From assembly GCA_052279835.1 (NCBI GenBank), contig CP181291.1, forward strand, positions 5,632,001 through 5,696,000: a stretch of 64,000 bases of DNA, read 5' to 3'. Source of the DNA: Microcoleus sp. Its GTDB lineage: Bacteria; Cyanobacteriota; Cyanobacteriia; Cyanobacteriales; Microcoleaceae. Shown in pieces: positions 1 to 11,494 of this stretch (the stretch's first letter is position 1; each line of letters begins with the position of its first letter). A model generated the notes under the pieces. The model was not told the DNA's origin. It was given only the letters and a program-made list of their open reading frames with translations, and did not search any database. The translations under genes were made by a program, and so were the position numbers.

Positions 1-1183
1 CTGTTGCTGTGACAGGCGCACCCGACAGCATGGGCACTCCGCGCACCACTGCCACATTGCCTTTGACGCGAATGTCCGCACCCATACGGTTAAGTTCGGC
101 TACGTGACGCAAGCGGTTCTCAAACACAGTTTCCTTAATGATGCTGTCGCCCTCACTCGTAGTTAGCAAGGCCATAAACTGAGCCTGCATATCTGTGGGG
201 AAACCAGGGTAAGGTAAAGTTTCGATGTCTGTGGCTTTATGAATCTGACCGGGAACTATCCGCATCAGGTCGGGAGATTCTGTAATCAATTTTGCTCCCA
301 TTACCTGCAACTTAGCAATGACTGCGGTGATGTGGTCGGGAATGACTGGCGATAAACTGATTTCTGAGTGAGTAATCGCTCCGGCTACTAAAAATGTGCC
401 GACTTCGATGCGATCGGGAATAATTGAATAGTCTACGGAGTGAAGTTTGGGAACCCCCGAAATGACGATGGTATTAGTCCCAGCGCCCTGAATTTGCGCT
501 CCCATAGCGCGACAGAAATTCGCCAAATCTGCCACTTCCGGTTCTTGAGCCGCATTTTCAATGATGGTTTCTCCTTCAGCCAAGGTAGCAGCCATCATCA
601 AAGTTTCCGTCGCTCCCACGCTGGGATAATCTAAATAAATTTTAGCTCCCTTTAAACGGCGGTTTGGCCCTTTGACGTAGGCGTGAACAGTGCCGTGGTC
701 GATGTGGACTTCAGCGCCGAGGGCTTGCAGACCACGAACGTGGAGTTCCACTGGTCGGGCACCGATGGCACACCCACCGGGTAAGGGGACTTTCGCAAAT
801 CCCAAACGTGCCAGCAGCGGGCCGATGATGAAAAAGCTCGCCCGCAGTTGGCTGACTAACTCGTAGGGAGCTTGAGCGTCTATGAGTTCGCTGGCATTGA
901 TATCTAAGATATCCCCATTAGTCTTGATTTTGACCCCTACAGCGGAGAGAATTTGGGTCATCCTGGCAACATCGACTAGGGAGGGAACGTTGCGCAGACG
1001 GCAATCTTCCGGGCAGAGGATGGCACCAGCCATGACTACTAAGGCAGAGTTTTTGGCCCCACTGATTTTGACGTGTCCTTTGAGGGGCTGGCGACCCCAA
1101 ATTTTTAATACTGGTTGGTCGCTTTCGGGTGAAGCTGACATATTGGATGAGTTCAGAGCTGGTTTAATGATTTTGCCCTCCAT
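1..1183 (-). CDS. murA: UDP-N-acetylglucosamine 1-carboxyvinyltransferase (3' end runs off the window)
   Basis: Manual minus-strand translation from ATG 1183 (alternative ATG 1141) gives ...[24 protein letters not shown]...RNVPSLVDV..., with [29 protein letters not shown] and [11 protein letters not shown] motifs. Absent from the ORF track because it has no stop in the window. Confidence 0.95.
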   Translation of the reverse strand, partial: MEGKIIKPALNSSNMSASPESDQPVLKIWGRQPLKGHVKISGAKNSALVVMAGAILCPEDCRLRNVPSLVDVARMTQILSAVGVKIKTNGDILDINASELIDAQAPYELVSQLRASFFIIGPLLARLGFAKVPLPGGCAIGARPVELHVRGLQALGAEVHIDHGTVHAYVKGPNRRLKGAKIYLDYPSVGATETLMMAATLAEGETIIENAAQEPEVADLANFCRAMGAQIQGAGTNTIVISGVPKLHSVDYSIIPDRIEVGTFLVAGAITHSEISLSPVIPDHITAVIAKLQVMGAKLITESPDLMRIVPGQIHKATDIETLPYPGFPTDMQAQFMALLTTSEGDSIIKETVFENRLRHVAELNRMGADIRVKGNVAVVRGVPMLSGAPVTAT

Positions 1184-1562
1184 ATGTGATTTGTTACTTC
1201 ATACGTTATTAATTTTGGTTTCGATTTTACCCGAAAGATTTCATATGTCTAGGGGGTATCAGAAGAATTTCGGAGTTCCTACTTCCCAAACGCTCTCTGG
1301 CCTAGCCTTTCAGGAAAGATTGCACCAACAACCCCGATCGCCTTTAGTTTTATTAACTGCATCAAAATTTACAATTTTTGCCGGGGCTGGCCTGTGGGGG
1401 GGGCATTCTCAACCAGTTGTTGCTCAACAGGCATCCTGTGTTCTTGACAAAGGTGTAAGATATCTGTTCGATCGCGACAGCGAAAGTTGAAACTTTGTTC
1501 ATCATCGGCGGTGCTTGTGTTAACTTGGAACAATTACTTAGAGCCAAAGCTAGTCCTAGCAT

Positions 1563-4500
1563 ATGGTTCACATTAAACGGATCGAACTAACTAACTTTAA
1601 ATCTTTTGGCGGCACGACGGCCATTCCCGTGCTGCCTGGTTTTACCGTGGTTTCGGGTCCCAACGGTTCTGGGAAATCCAATATCCTCGATGCTTTGCTG
1701 TTTTGTCTGGGACTTTCGAGTTCTAAAGGGATGCGGGCTGAACGTTTGCCGGATTTGGTGAACAATGCCCAAAATAAACGCGGTACGATGGAAGCTAGTG
1801 TTACGGCCACCTTCGCCCTCGAAGGGGTGGGAGATGAATGGTTTGGTGATGAGGAAGATGAGGAAGATCCAGATGCAGCAGATGATTTCTCTGAAGTGCC
1901 CGCAGTACCAGCAGAAGTAGTAGAAATCCCCGAAGTCGAAAGTCCCGAAACTCCACAACAAAATCTTGACAAATCGAAAATCTCAAATCGTAAATCTCAA
2001 CTCGAAAATCTCAAATCCTCGGAATGGAGTGTCACGCGGAAACTGCGAGTAACTCGCCAAGGAACTTACACTTCTACTTATTATATTAATGGGCAGCCTT
2101 GTACCCTAACTCAACTTCACGAACAACTCAACCGATTGCGAATTTATCCCGAAGGTTATAACGTCGTATTGCAAGGGGACGTTACTAGCATTATTTCGAT
2201 GAATTCCAAAGAACGACGAGAAATAATTGACGAGTTGGCTGGTGTCGCTCAATTCGATCGCAAAATCTCCTTAGCTAGGCAGAAATTGGATGAAGTTAAG
2301 GATGTGGAAGAACGCAGCCACATTGTGGAAAAAGAGTTGATTTCCCAGCGAGATAGACTGGCTAGCGATCGCACAAAAGCCGAAAAATATCAAAAATTGC
2401 GGGCGGAACTTCAAGAAAAATCCCAGTGGGAAATTGTCCTTAAATTCCGTCAGTTGCAAAAGCAAGAATGGAAACTGCGGGAACAAATCGAAGCGGGCGA
2501 TCGCCATGGTACCAGTCTCACCGAACAACTGCAAACCATTAACACTGAAATTCACACAGTAACCACAGAACTTGACGCACTAAATGCCCGCGTCAAAGCC
2601 TTGGGAGAGTCGGAATTGTTGGCGCTACAATCGACCATGGCGACCCAAGAAGCCGAACGACGGCAAATGCAAAACCGCAAGCAGGAATTGGAAACTACTG
2701 CGGGACAATTGGCAGCAAACATAGCACAAATTGAGCAAGAAATTCGGCAATTCCGGCAAAGTTTGGAGCAAATTGAGATAGAAATATCTTATGTTAAGTC
2801 AGAGCAAGCAACTTTAATCCAACAGCGGGATGAAGCGGGGCAAATTTTAGAGCAGCATCGGGAAGTGGCCAATGCGATCGCCTCGACAGCCGAAGCTTGG
2901 GTACAACAGCAAACGGAACTGCACCGCCAAATAGAAACTGTACAACAAAGTTTGGAACCCGCTCGCGCCGAACAAGCAGCCATTGGAGAAAGAGTCGATC
3001 GCCTAGAAAGTCAAATTCAAGAACAAAACCAATCCCTGCAAGTATTAGCCCAGGAAATAGCCGGGAAAAAAAATCAGCAATCTAGGCTGATGGAAACTCA
3101 AGGAATAGCAGCTTTGCAAGTAGAATCCCTGACTCAAATTGTGGCGGGAAATGAACAAGAATTGCAATTACAACAAGAAACTCAAACTCGTTTGTTAGTA
3201 GAACAACGGGAAAGACAGCGGAAATTAGATAAACTGGAAATGCAGTTTCAAGCACTCCAAGAAGCCACGGGAACTTTTACCGCCAAAGTGCTAATCCAAA
3301 GTGGTATAGTCGGAATTTGTGGGCTGGTGGCTCAACTGGGAAGGGTGGAACCACGCTATCAATTAGCCTTGGAAATTGCGGCGGGTGGGCGCATGGGAAA
3401 TATGGTGGTGGAAGATGACCGCATAGCGGCCCAGGCGATTGAATTGTTGAAACAAAAACGGGCTGGTAGGATGACGTTTTTGCCGTTGAATAAAATTAGG
3501 GGTGGCAGATTTTCGGTGAATGAAAATTTGCGTAGGGCGGCTGGTTTTGTGGATGCGGCGGTGAATTTGATTGACTGCGATGGGCGGTACAATGAGATTT
3601 TTGCCTATGTTTTTGGCAGTACGGTGGTGTTTAGCAATCTCAGTGATGCTCGCCGCTATTTGGGACAGTACCGGATGGTTACTTTGGATGGGGAAATTTT
3701 GGAGACGAGTGGGGCGATGACAGGGGGGAGTTCTAGCAATAGATCGACCTTGCATTTTGGTACGGTTGATGCGTCGGAGGCGCAAGTGGAAGCAAGGACG
3801 ATCGCCTATGAGCAAGAACGCCTTCAGGAAATTGAACGGATTTTAGAACGGTGTAAAATAGCGATCGATCGCAATTTTGTTGCTGTCAAAACCAGCAGTC
3901 AAGACTTGATGGAAGCTAAACAAAATCTGCGCGAACATCAGTTACGGCTGGAACAATTAGCGACAGAAATTATCAAGCTAGAAGCCCAACAGGAACAAGG
4001 GCGATCGCAAATTACTAAAAATACTCAAGAATTAACTAATTCCCAGTCCAGATTGCAATGGCTGGTAGGAGAATTGCCCGGAAAGGAAACAGAATTGCAG
4101 CAGTATCGCCAAACTTTGGCTCAGTTGGAAGAGTCTAACAGTCATAGCGAATGGCAACAAATGCAATCTAGTCTCCGGGCCCAAGAAGCCCAACTGCAAG
4201 AGCGAGAATTGGCTCTCAGAAAGGTCCAGCAGCGCCTTGTAGACTTGGAAACTCAATTCGGGCGTTGGGAGGAGAAAATTAAAGCAGGCTGCGAGAAATT
4301 GCAGGAATGGCAAATCCAGCAACATACTTGCGCCGAGGCCCTGAATCTGATAGTTTCTCAAGAGTTGGCGATCGACCAACAAATTGCGGCAGCTAAGGCT
4401 GAGGTGGCAGAAATTGAGGAAAAATTGGGCGTGCAGAAGGGAGAACGCGATCGGGCAGAATCTCAAGTCAGAGAAAAACATTTAGCCAAACAGCAGTTAC

Positions 4501-5279
4501 AATGGCAGTTACAAAAACTGAATGAAAGCCAGCAAGAACGACGGGAACAATTGACCGCAGTTCGGGATTTATTGGCATCGGCGCGGGCGGAAATGCCCGA
4601 TCCAGTCCCGTCGATTCCCGAAAATGTGGAGCAGGGAAATTTGATGGAATTGCAGCAGGAAGTAAAGGCGATCGCCAAAAGGATTCAAGCTCTAGAACCA
4701 GTGAATATGCTAGCATTATCTGAGTACAATCGCACTCAAGAACGGCTGCAAGAATTGAGTCAAAAATTGACAACCTTGGAAGGTGAACGGACAGAACTGC
4801 TGTTGAGAATCGAAAACTTTACCACCCTACGGCGACGTGCTTTTAAAGAAGCTTTTGATGCGGTCAATGAAAACTTCCAGACTATCTTTGCGGAACTTTC
4901 CGAAGGTGACGGTTATCTCCAGCTAGACGATCTAGAAGACCCCTTCAGTAGCGGTTTGAATCTAGTCGCTCACCCAAAAGGTAAGCCCGTACAACGTCTG
5001 GCTTCCATGTCTGGAGGTGAAAAATCCTTGACGGCGCTGAGTTTTATTTTTGCGCTGCAACGCTACCGCCCGTCTACGTTCTACGCTTTTGATGAAGTGG
5101 ATATGTTTCTGGATGGGGCAAATGTGGAGCGATTAGCTAGAATGATAAAACGACAGTCTGAACAAGCCCAGTTTATTGTTGTGAGTTTGCGGCGACCTAT
5201 GATTCAATCGGCTCAGCGTACAATTGGTGTTACTCAAGCACGGGGAGCTTATACTCAAGTGTTGGGGCTGAAGTTATAA
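1563..5279 (+). CDS. smc: Chromosome segregation protein SMC
   Basis: Walker A GPNGSGKSN, long coiled coils, hinge (GRMTFLPL), signature MSGGEKS, Walker B YAFDEVD; 1238 aa. Confidence 0.97.
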   Translation: MVHIKRIELTNFKSFGGTTAIPVLPGFTVVSGPNGSGKSNILDALLFCLGLSSSKGMRAERLPDLVNNAQNKRGTMEASVTATFALEGVGDEWFGDEEDEEDPDAADDFSEVPAVPAEVVEIPEVESPETPQQNLDKSKISNRKSQLENLKSSEWSVTRKLRVTRQGTYTSTYYINGQPCTLTQLHEQLNRLRIYPEGYNVVLQGDVTSIISMNSKERREIIDELAGVAQFDRKISLARQKLDEVKDVEERSHIVEKELISQRDRLASDRTKAEKYQKLRAELQEKSQWEIVLKFRQLQKQEWKLREQIEAGDRHGTSLTEQLQTINTEIHTVTTELDALNARVKALGESELLALQSTMATQEAERRQMQNRKQELETTAGQLAANIAQIEQEIRQFRQSLEQIEIEISYVKSEQATLIQQRDEAGQILEQHREVANAIASTAEAWVQQQTELHRQIETVQQSLEPARAEQAAIGERVDRLESQIQEQNQSLQVLAQEIAGKKNQQSRLMETQGIAALQVESLTQIVAGNEQELQLQQETQTRLLVEQRERQRKLDKLEMQFQALQEATGTFTAKVLIQSGIVGICGLVAQLGRVEPRYQLALEIAAGGRMGNMVVEDDRIAAQAIELLKQKRAGRMTFLPLNKIRGGRFSVNENLRRAAGFVDAAVNLIDCDGRYNEIFAYVFGSTVVFSNLSDARRYLGQYRMVTLDGEILETSGAMTGGSSSNRSTLHFGTVDASEAQVEARTIAYEQERLQEIERILERCKIAIDRNFVAVKTSSQDLMEAKQNLREHQLRLEQLATEIIKLEAQQEQGRSQITKNTQELTNSQSRLQWLVGELPGKETELQQYRQTLAQLEESNSHSEWQQMQSSLRAQEAQLQERELALRKVQQRLVDLETQFGRWEEKIKAGCEKLQEWQIQQHTCAEALNLIVSQELAIDQQIAAAKAEVAEIEEKLGVQKGERDRAESQVREKHLAKQQLQWQLQKLNESQQERREQLTAVRDLLASARAEMPDPVPSIPENVEQGNLMELQQEVKAIAKRIQALEPVNMLALSEYNRTQERLQELSQKLTTLEGERTELLLRIENFTTLRRRAFKEAFDAVNENFQTIFAELSEGDGYLQLDDLEDPFSSGLNLVAHPKGKPVQRLASMSGGEKSLTALSFIFALQRYRPSTFYAFDEVDMFLDGANVERLARMIKRQSEQAQFIVVSLRRPMIQSAQRTIGVTQARGAYTQVLGLKL

Positions 5280-5441
5280 TCCCCGATTTAAGTCGTTAAA
5301 GAGATGAAAATTTTAGACTACAGTTGCAGCTCTTAGGTTAATCTGTGGAGTAAATCTCCAATCTCAAGTCTCAAATCTCATATCGACTGACCATGTTGAG
5401 TGATATATGTACTTCATTAATAAATTAGGATCAAAATTAGA

Positions 5442-6456
5442 ATGACATCCGAACAAATCTGCCAACGCTCCGATATTCTCGGCACTCAAGTCATCACCCG
5501 CGACAGAGGTAAACGCCTGGGTGTAGTTAGTCAACTGTGGGTGGACATCGACCGGCGGGAAGTTGTGGCGATCGGTCTACGAGATAATATATTTGCAGTG
5601 GCTGGAATGCCTAAGTATATGTTCCTCACCAGTGTCAGCGAAATCGGCGACGTGCTGTTGGTGGAAGATGAGAGCGCGATCGAAGATGATATTGATGTTG
5701 AAGTCTACAGTATTTTGATTAACAGCGAAGTCATCACCGAAACCGGCGAACTTTTGGGGAGAGTGCGAGGCTTTCGGTTCGACCCAGAAGACGGTAAGTT
5801 AGTTTCCATCGTGATTGCTTCTTTGGGAATCCCCCAAATCCCCGAACAAGTGCTCAGCACCTATGATTTGGGAATTGAGGAAATTGTCAGCAGTGGCCCC
5901 AATCGCTTGATTGTGTTTGAAGGTTCTGAGGAAAGACTCCGACAGCTTAGTGTCGGCTTGTTGGAGCGCGTCGGCTTAGGGACAAGCACCCTGGGAACGA
6001 GAAGAGGACGAACAAGGCTATTATCCGAAGCCCGTGGGAACCCCAAATCAATTGGGGCCTGGAGTGCCCCTAGCAGCCCCGTCCATGGTCCGAAAGACAG
6101 CAGCCCCTGTGGTGGAGGAGGTTCCTTGGGATGAGGATTCGCAGTGGAATCGGCCTCCTGTGCGACAGCCCCTGCGTCAGGTGCAACCACCTCCGGTGAA
6201 TGATTACGATGATTATGAAGAGGATAATTGGGGCGGCGAGGAGGACGATTACGAGGAAGAGTACGAAGAGAAAAAGTACGATCGTCCTGAAAGTTATAGC
6301 ACCAAAAAAGAGCCGGTGGTGGAATACGAGTACGAGGACGATGTGGAAGCTGATGCTTGGGCTGATGATGAAGCGCCGAAGCCTTACAATGCTCCTCGCC
6401 TGAATATTCCTGAGAAGACTAAGACTCCTGAATACGAAGAGGAAGCTGGTTATTAA
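5442..6456 (+). CDS. PRC-barrel domain protein with acidic C-terminal tail; apparent frameshift at about 5979-5981
   Basis: Two PRC-barrel-like repeats (GTQVITRDRGKRLGVV; NSEVITETGELLGRV). Deleting one G from GGG at 5979-5981 joins ORFs 5442..6134 and 6034..6456 as ...VGLGQAPWEREEDEQGYYPKPVGTPNQLGP... Confidence 0.8.
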
Positions 6457-6487
6457 AAGTTCTTTGAATCCATCGCCATAATTCCCA

Positions 6488-6514
6488 TAGATACTGTCTT
6501 GACGACAGTATCTA
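6488..6514. terminator. Hairpin between convergent genes, possible terminator
   Basis: TAGATACTGTC-ttgac-GACAGTATCTA, a perfect 11-bp stem. Confidence 0.5.
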
Positions 6515-6680
6515 CCTAATCATCTAAAATCCTGTCTTGATCGTCGTGTATTAAACTCTCTCTCTTCTCTTCCTCTTTCCCCCCTTGGGGGGGGCAGGGG
6601 GGGGTCGTCCTTAGCGCCTTCGCGGTTAAATCATTCCGATACAACCGGAATTAATATCAATCATCTTAAGGCAGGCTTTA

Positions 6681-8227
6681 TCAAGCCTGAGTTAACCAAG
6701 TAGTATCCAAATAATCAATCCTCGCAAATGGACTCATCGCCGCTAAAATTTGCTGTCCATAACTACGGTAAATCACTCGGTTGTCGAAAATCGCCACTAC
6801 GCCCTGTCTTTCTCGCACAGGTGCGATCGCCCTTTGTAACTCATTCAAGGCCGCGGGTAACAAATACAACCGAAACCAATCCTGACGTCGTTCCTTATAA
6901 TAAGCCACCCGCGCCATCACCACAGGATTTTCCATGGAAGGAAGTGGTAAAGTGGCGATCGCCAGTAAATGAGGGGCGCTCAATTCCCCCTGATGTTCCC
7001 GCCAAAATTCCCAGCCAGTCACCAAAATCCCATTCTCCCCCACATCTGTGGTTTCTACCCGCACCCTCGAACCAAACTCAGAAGCCAGCCTCGCGGCCAT
7101 TCTCGCCTTCAGCGGTACATCTCCCACAATCAGCACCGTTAAACCCGCCACGGACAAACTCATAAATAGCAAAGTCCGAATTTCCTGAATTAAAACTCCC
7201 TGAAATTCCGGCGTATTCGGTAGCGGCAATCCGTCGGGAATGTAAAGTTGAATTAATTCGCTTTGTCGATCGGGCGAAAATTTAACGCTAGTCAATTCTG
7301 GAAGTCCCAGCATTTCCCGAAAAATCGGCGCCTTTGGTTCCAAATCCACCGCCCCACCAATCAACACCACTGGCTGATCCTGCCAAATTTTGCCCAAAAC
7401 CTCCGCCACCTGCACCGGCGCGCAGTACAGAGAAAATGACCCAGCCTCACGATTGATTTGGGCCCACCTCAGTTTTCCGTTGCTTTCCCACCGATGCCAA
7501 AAATTGCTCCAAGCAGCAGGAATCGGGGTGGAAGACTCGATCGAACTTTGATTAATCTTTTCAAACAGCCCTTCCAAGATATTTTGCTCTGCGGTTTCGA
7601 GCAAATAGCACTCATCCGGCTTCGCTGGATGCTGAAAGCAGGCTCGTGTTAACAACACCCGCCGTTGCAGGATAGCATCGGCTTGGCTGGGTACAGCCAA
7701 CATTAAGTCATTCCAATCTCCCGGATGCAAACACACCGTCAATTGCTGGCGCGTCCAAACTTCCAAGTCGTCTACACCGTCAATAATTGTCGGAATTTGG
7801 ATCTGTGGTTGCGCATCACTCCCCAAGTGCGATGCTAGCCAAGATTGGGGATCTACTAGCATGAGTCCCCTGGGAAATCGGCATTTTGGTCATTAGTGGC
7901 GATCCTCTTCGAGGGCTTCGCTAACAGGCGATCGGTTTCCAGCCACTCTTGCAATCGAGGGATTTCCACTGCTTTCAAATGCTCGATCGCCCGTGGCGGA
8001 GCGACTAAAATTACAGGTTCCGGCCACATCAAAATCGGCATCAAATAACTGACTCGATACCGTTGTTGGTGAGCTCCTGCGGGGAGCCCTGTTTGAATCA
8101 GAGCACTGCGCCCCAAACGTAAAGCCCGCGCCACCAGACGCGCCATCGTTAAATGATGTGGCCAGTGTGGCTCGGAGTGCGATCGCAGGAAACGGAGCAG
8201 CGAGTTGTGGACGTCTACCTCAATCAA
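6681..8227 (-). CDS. Cyanobacterial DinG-like helicase C-terminal domain protein; apparent frameshift at about 7865-7875
   Basis: N-terminal IEVDVH...WPHHLTMARLVARALRLGRSALIQTG and a C-terminal Helicase_C2-like region (IATLPLPSMENP...LQRAIAPVR...VAIFDNRV...YGQQIL). ORFs 7856..8266 and 6681..7862 join across the homopolymers in TTCCCAGGGGACTC. Start placed at TTG 8227 by inference. Confidence 0.75.
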
Positions 8228-8249
8228 TTGATTTTGCAGTTGAGATTCC

Positions 8250-9776
8250 TCAATCAACATAATCAAAACTGGTTATAAAATCAACTAATTGTTGACCCAC
8301 AGACACACTGAACTTACTGCTGCGATGATTTTGACCTCGCTTACCAAAATTCGGGTTATGATGTACAATCAAACTCTGCATTCCCGAACTGATTAAAATA
8401 GTTTTGGTAGGTGAATCAAAAAATTTGGTTTCATATTTAGCTTTTTTGGATAACACTAATTCCTTGACCTCTCTGATATTATTTATAGCAGCATTCAATT
8501 CTTTACACAACTGCACTATCCGTTTTTTACCCAGATCTTGATTGAGGATTTTTTTGCCAATTTCTACAATGTTTTTATGAATTTCTATAGAGTCGTCAAA
8601 AGGAAGAACTGCTAAAAAAGCTGAGGGTAATAAATGCTCATCGCTCTCAAATTTAAAAGTGATAGTTGTCCGACGATAGTCAATTTCAATATTGGGAGAA
8701 GAACTCATGGTCGGATAATGCCGAGCTATTTCGTAGTAAGCTGTTGCTAAAGCGGTGTTTGCTGACGGGTCTAACAGGGCATCAACTACAATTTGTACTA
8801 GCGCCGGTTTGTGATTTAAAAATTTTAGGGATTCTGAGGGGGAATTAAATTTTTGAATCTGAGTGCGATCGCCCCTAGGGCTGAGATCGACCCATTCGCA
8901 GGTAATTTCGTCTACTTTCACCCCAAATCGCGGCAGCAAATAAATTTTTACCCCTGTTAAAGTTGCTCCCGTCAAATCAGCACCCACCCAATCGGCGTGC
9001 ATCAAATTTGTTTCGGTCAAATCAGCGTGAATCAAACTAGCATTTGCTAAATTAGCATTGCTTAAATCTGCTAAATTCAAGTTAGCACCACTCAATTGAG
9101 CATCGCTCAAATCAGCGCCGTTGAGATTAGCACCGCTCAAATCTGCCCAGGTAAGGTTGGCTCCGCTTAAATCCGCGCCACTGAGATCTACCTCCTGTAA
9201 AGAAGCTTGTCTCATATCCGCATTGCTAAAATTAACTTCTTTAAGCTCTGCTTTAGTCAAATCAGCCCCATGTAAGTTAGCTTCTTCAAAGTTAGCTGAT
9301 GAACCAGAGGCACCTCGGAGGTTTGCACCAGAAAGATTAGCACCACTGAGGTTAGTACCGGTAATTTGTACCTCTCTTAAATCTGCTTGAGTCAGGTTAG
9401 CTCCGGTGAAGTTAGCTTTGCTGAGTTCGGCTCTGATTAATTCACTTCTAATCAGGGATGCTCCAATTAATTGAGCTTCTGTTAAGTTAGCTTGCACAAA
9501 GTTGGCAACATTAATAGTAGCGCCATTTAAGATTGCTCGCGTCAGATTGGTATTGCTGAGTCTTGCCACATTCAGATTAGCTTCTGTCAAGTCACATTCG
9601 CTCAAGTTAGCACCGCCGATGTTGGTGACAAATAAAGTCGCTTTTCTCAAAATTGATTGACTGAGATTGATCCGACTAAGATTTGCTTCATTCAGGTTGA
9701 TTTCCGTAAAATCTCTGTTGCCTTCTGTGTATTTTTTCACCAGTTCAAATCTATTCAGAAGTGCTGCTATTTCCAT
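8250..9776 (-). CDS. Pentapeptide repeat protein with conserved C-terminal domain (paralog 3)
   Basis: Long A(D/N)LxX repeat tract followed by CEWVDLSPRGD...VQIVVD...RRTTITF. Confidence 0.9.
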   Translation of the reverse strand: MEIAALLNRFELVKKYTEGNRDFTEINLNEANLSRINLSQSILRKATLFVTNIGGANLSECDLTEANLNVARLSNTNLTRAILNGATINVANFVQANLTEAQLIGASLIRSELIRAELSKANFTGANLTQADLREVQITGTNLSGANLSGANLRGASGSSANFEEANLHGADLTKAELKEVNFSNADMRQASLQEVDLSGADLSGANLTWADLSGANLNGADLSDAQLSGANLNLADLSNANLANASLIHADLTETNLMHADWVGADLTGATLTGVKIYLLPRFGVKVDEITCEWVDLSPRGDRTQIQKFNSPSESLKFLNHKPALVQIVVDALLDPSANTALATAYYEIARHYPTMSSSPNIEIDYRRTTITFKFESDEHLLPSAFLAVLPFDDSIEIHKNIVEIGKKILNQDLGKKRIVQLCKELNAAINNIREVKELVLSKKAKYETKFFDSPTKTILISSGMQSLIVHHNPNFGKRGQNHRSSKFSVSVGQQLVDFITSFDYVD

Positions 9777-9854
9777 TTTCTTTACCTTAATTATGCTAGA
9801 ATTTACTTGGCATATACAAATAAATAAAAATACTTGAGACTGAATTGATGATAT

Positions 9855-11417
9855 CTAATCACCTAGTTGATAAAAGCCTTTAATAAACTCAACAACCGTG
9901 TTTATAGGTGGAGTTGTGAGTCTTTGGGCTTTAATGGTAGGATTAATTGCCGTTTTATTTACCCCTGGTAAATTTATCAAATGTCTGCCAAAATCTGGGT
10001 GATAGTGAACCATCAAACTTTCGGCACTGGAATTGGAAAGTATAGTTTGGGTGGGGGACTGAAAAAAAGTCGATACAGTTTCATTATCCAGGCGCACAGG
10101 CTGAATTTTCATCTCTCCTATTTTTCTAATAGTTTGGGTCAAAGCCACGCTCAATTGCGCTACCAAGTTGGAAACTCTGACCCCAAGGTTATTGCTAGTT
10201 TGTGGTTGAATCATCCTCAGTAGAGTGATAATATTTTTCTGAGTAAATGCCGCGTCGCTAAAGGGAATGATGGCAACGAAGGCAGTGGGAAAGAGTTGTT
10301 CGTCCTGGTCAATTCTAAACGATATGATGGTGCGTCGGGAGTTAACTTCGATACTGGGAGGATTGCTCAAGCCTGGGTATTGGCGGGCAATTTGGCGGTA
10401 GGTGGCGGCCAGGATAAAGTTAGCGTTGGGGTCTAGGGGTCGATCGACAATAATTTGCACCGTAGGTGGCGTAGCATTAAAATACTTTTGAGCTTCTTCG
10501 GCAGTGAAACGCTGAATATGGCTGCGATCGCCATTGGGACTGAGGTCAACCCAATCGCAAGTAATATCATCTGCTTTCAAACCAAATCTCGATACAGCGT
10601 AAATTTTTGCCCCCGTCAAAGCAGCACCAGTCAAATCAGCACCTACCCAATCAGCATGAATCAAGTTGGCTTGGGTCAAATCCGCGTGTACCAGAGTAGC
10701 ATTCAACAGGTTGACATTACTCAAATTGGCTCCGTATAAATTGGCCCCGCTCAACCTCGCTTCACCGAGGTCCGCGCCAGTCAGGTTAGTCCCACTGAGG
10801 TCAGTCCAGCGGAGATTAGCACCTCGTAAGTCGGCACCACTGAGGTTAGCCTGAGACAGATTAGCTTGTCTGAGTTCGGCATTGCAGAGGTTAACTCCTC
10901 TGAGGTCAGCCCTGCTGAGGTCAGCCCTGTGCAAATTTGCCCGTTCCAAGTTAGCCCCCGTGAGACAAGCACCTCTGAGATGAGCTCCGTTAAGGTCTGC
11001 TTGTTCTAAATTGGCTTCTCGGAGAGTTGCTTCTCTCAAATCTGCTTCGCTGAGGTTAGCACCGCTGAGATTGGCATTGCTAAAGTCGGCTCGAATCAGT
11101 TCAGCCCTGATCAGTGTAGCTTCCACCAGTTGAGCCTCCCGGAGGTCAGCTCGAATCAAATTAGCTACGTTGAGGATTGCACCACTGAGATTAGCTTTGT
11201 TGAGATTAGCACCGCTGAGTCTAGCAACATTGAGCTTGGCTTTTCTGAGATTGGTGCCACCGAGATTAGCTCCGCTCAAGTTAGTCAGGCTTAAGATTGC
11301 TTCGGTGAAATTAGCCCCGCTCAGATCGATTCTGCTGAGATTGGCTTCGCACAGCAGGATGGCAGTAAAATCCCTTTCTCCTGCTGCATATTTGGCTTGG
11401 AGTTCTGCGGCGTCCAT
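9855..11417 (-). CDS. Pentapeptide repeat protein with conserved C-terminal domain (paralog 2)
   Basis: KYAAGERDF start, pentapeptide tract, CDWVDLSPNGD...PTVQIIVD...RRTIISF. Confidence 0.92.
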   Translation of the reverse strand: MDAAELQAKYAAGERDFTAILLCEANLSRIDLSGANFTEAILSLTNLSGANLGGTNLRKAKLNVARLSGANLNKANLSGAILNVANLIRADLREAQLVEATLIRAELIRADFSNANLSGANLSEADLREATLREANLEQADLNGAHLRGACLTGANLERANLHRADLSRADLRGVNLCNAELRQANLSQANLSGADLRGANLRWTDLSGTNLTGADLGEARLSGANLYGANLSNVNLLNATLVHADLTQANLIHADWVGADLTGAALTGAKIYAVSRFGLKADDITCDWVDLSPNGDRSHIQRFTAEEAQKYFNATPPTVQIIVDRPLDPNANFILAATYRQIARQYPGLSNPPSIEVNSRRTIISFRIDQDEQLFPTAFVAIIPFSDAAFTQKNIITLLRMIQPQTSNNLGVRVSNLVAQLSVALTQTIRKIGEMKIQPVRLDNETVSTFFQSPTQTILSNSSAESLMVHYHPDFGRHLINLPGVNKTAINPTIKAQRLTTPPINTVVEFIKGFYQLGD

Positions 11418-11494
11418 GCTGATCTATCTCCTAGATTTTTTTAGCGATCGCAAAGCTTTAGAATAAGCAATTTTGGCAATTTGAGGCAATATGC

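Noticed and set aside
882..1490. 202-aa plus-strand ORF and other antisense ORFs over murA, smc, the pentapeptide genes, psbB and the NACHT gene
   Set aside because: Shadow frames antisense to well-supported genes.
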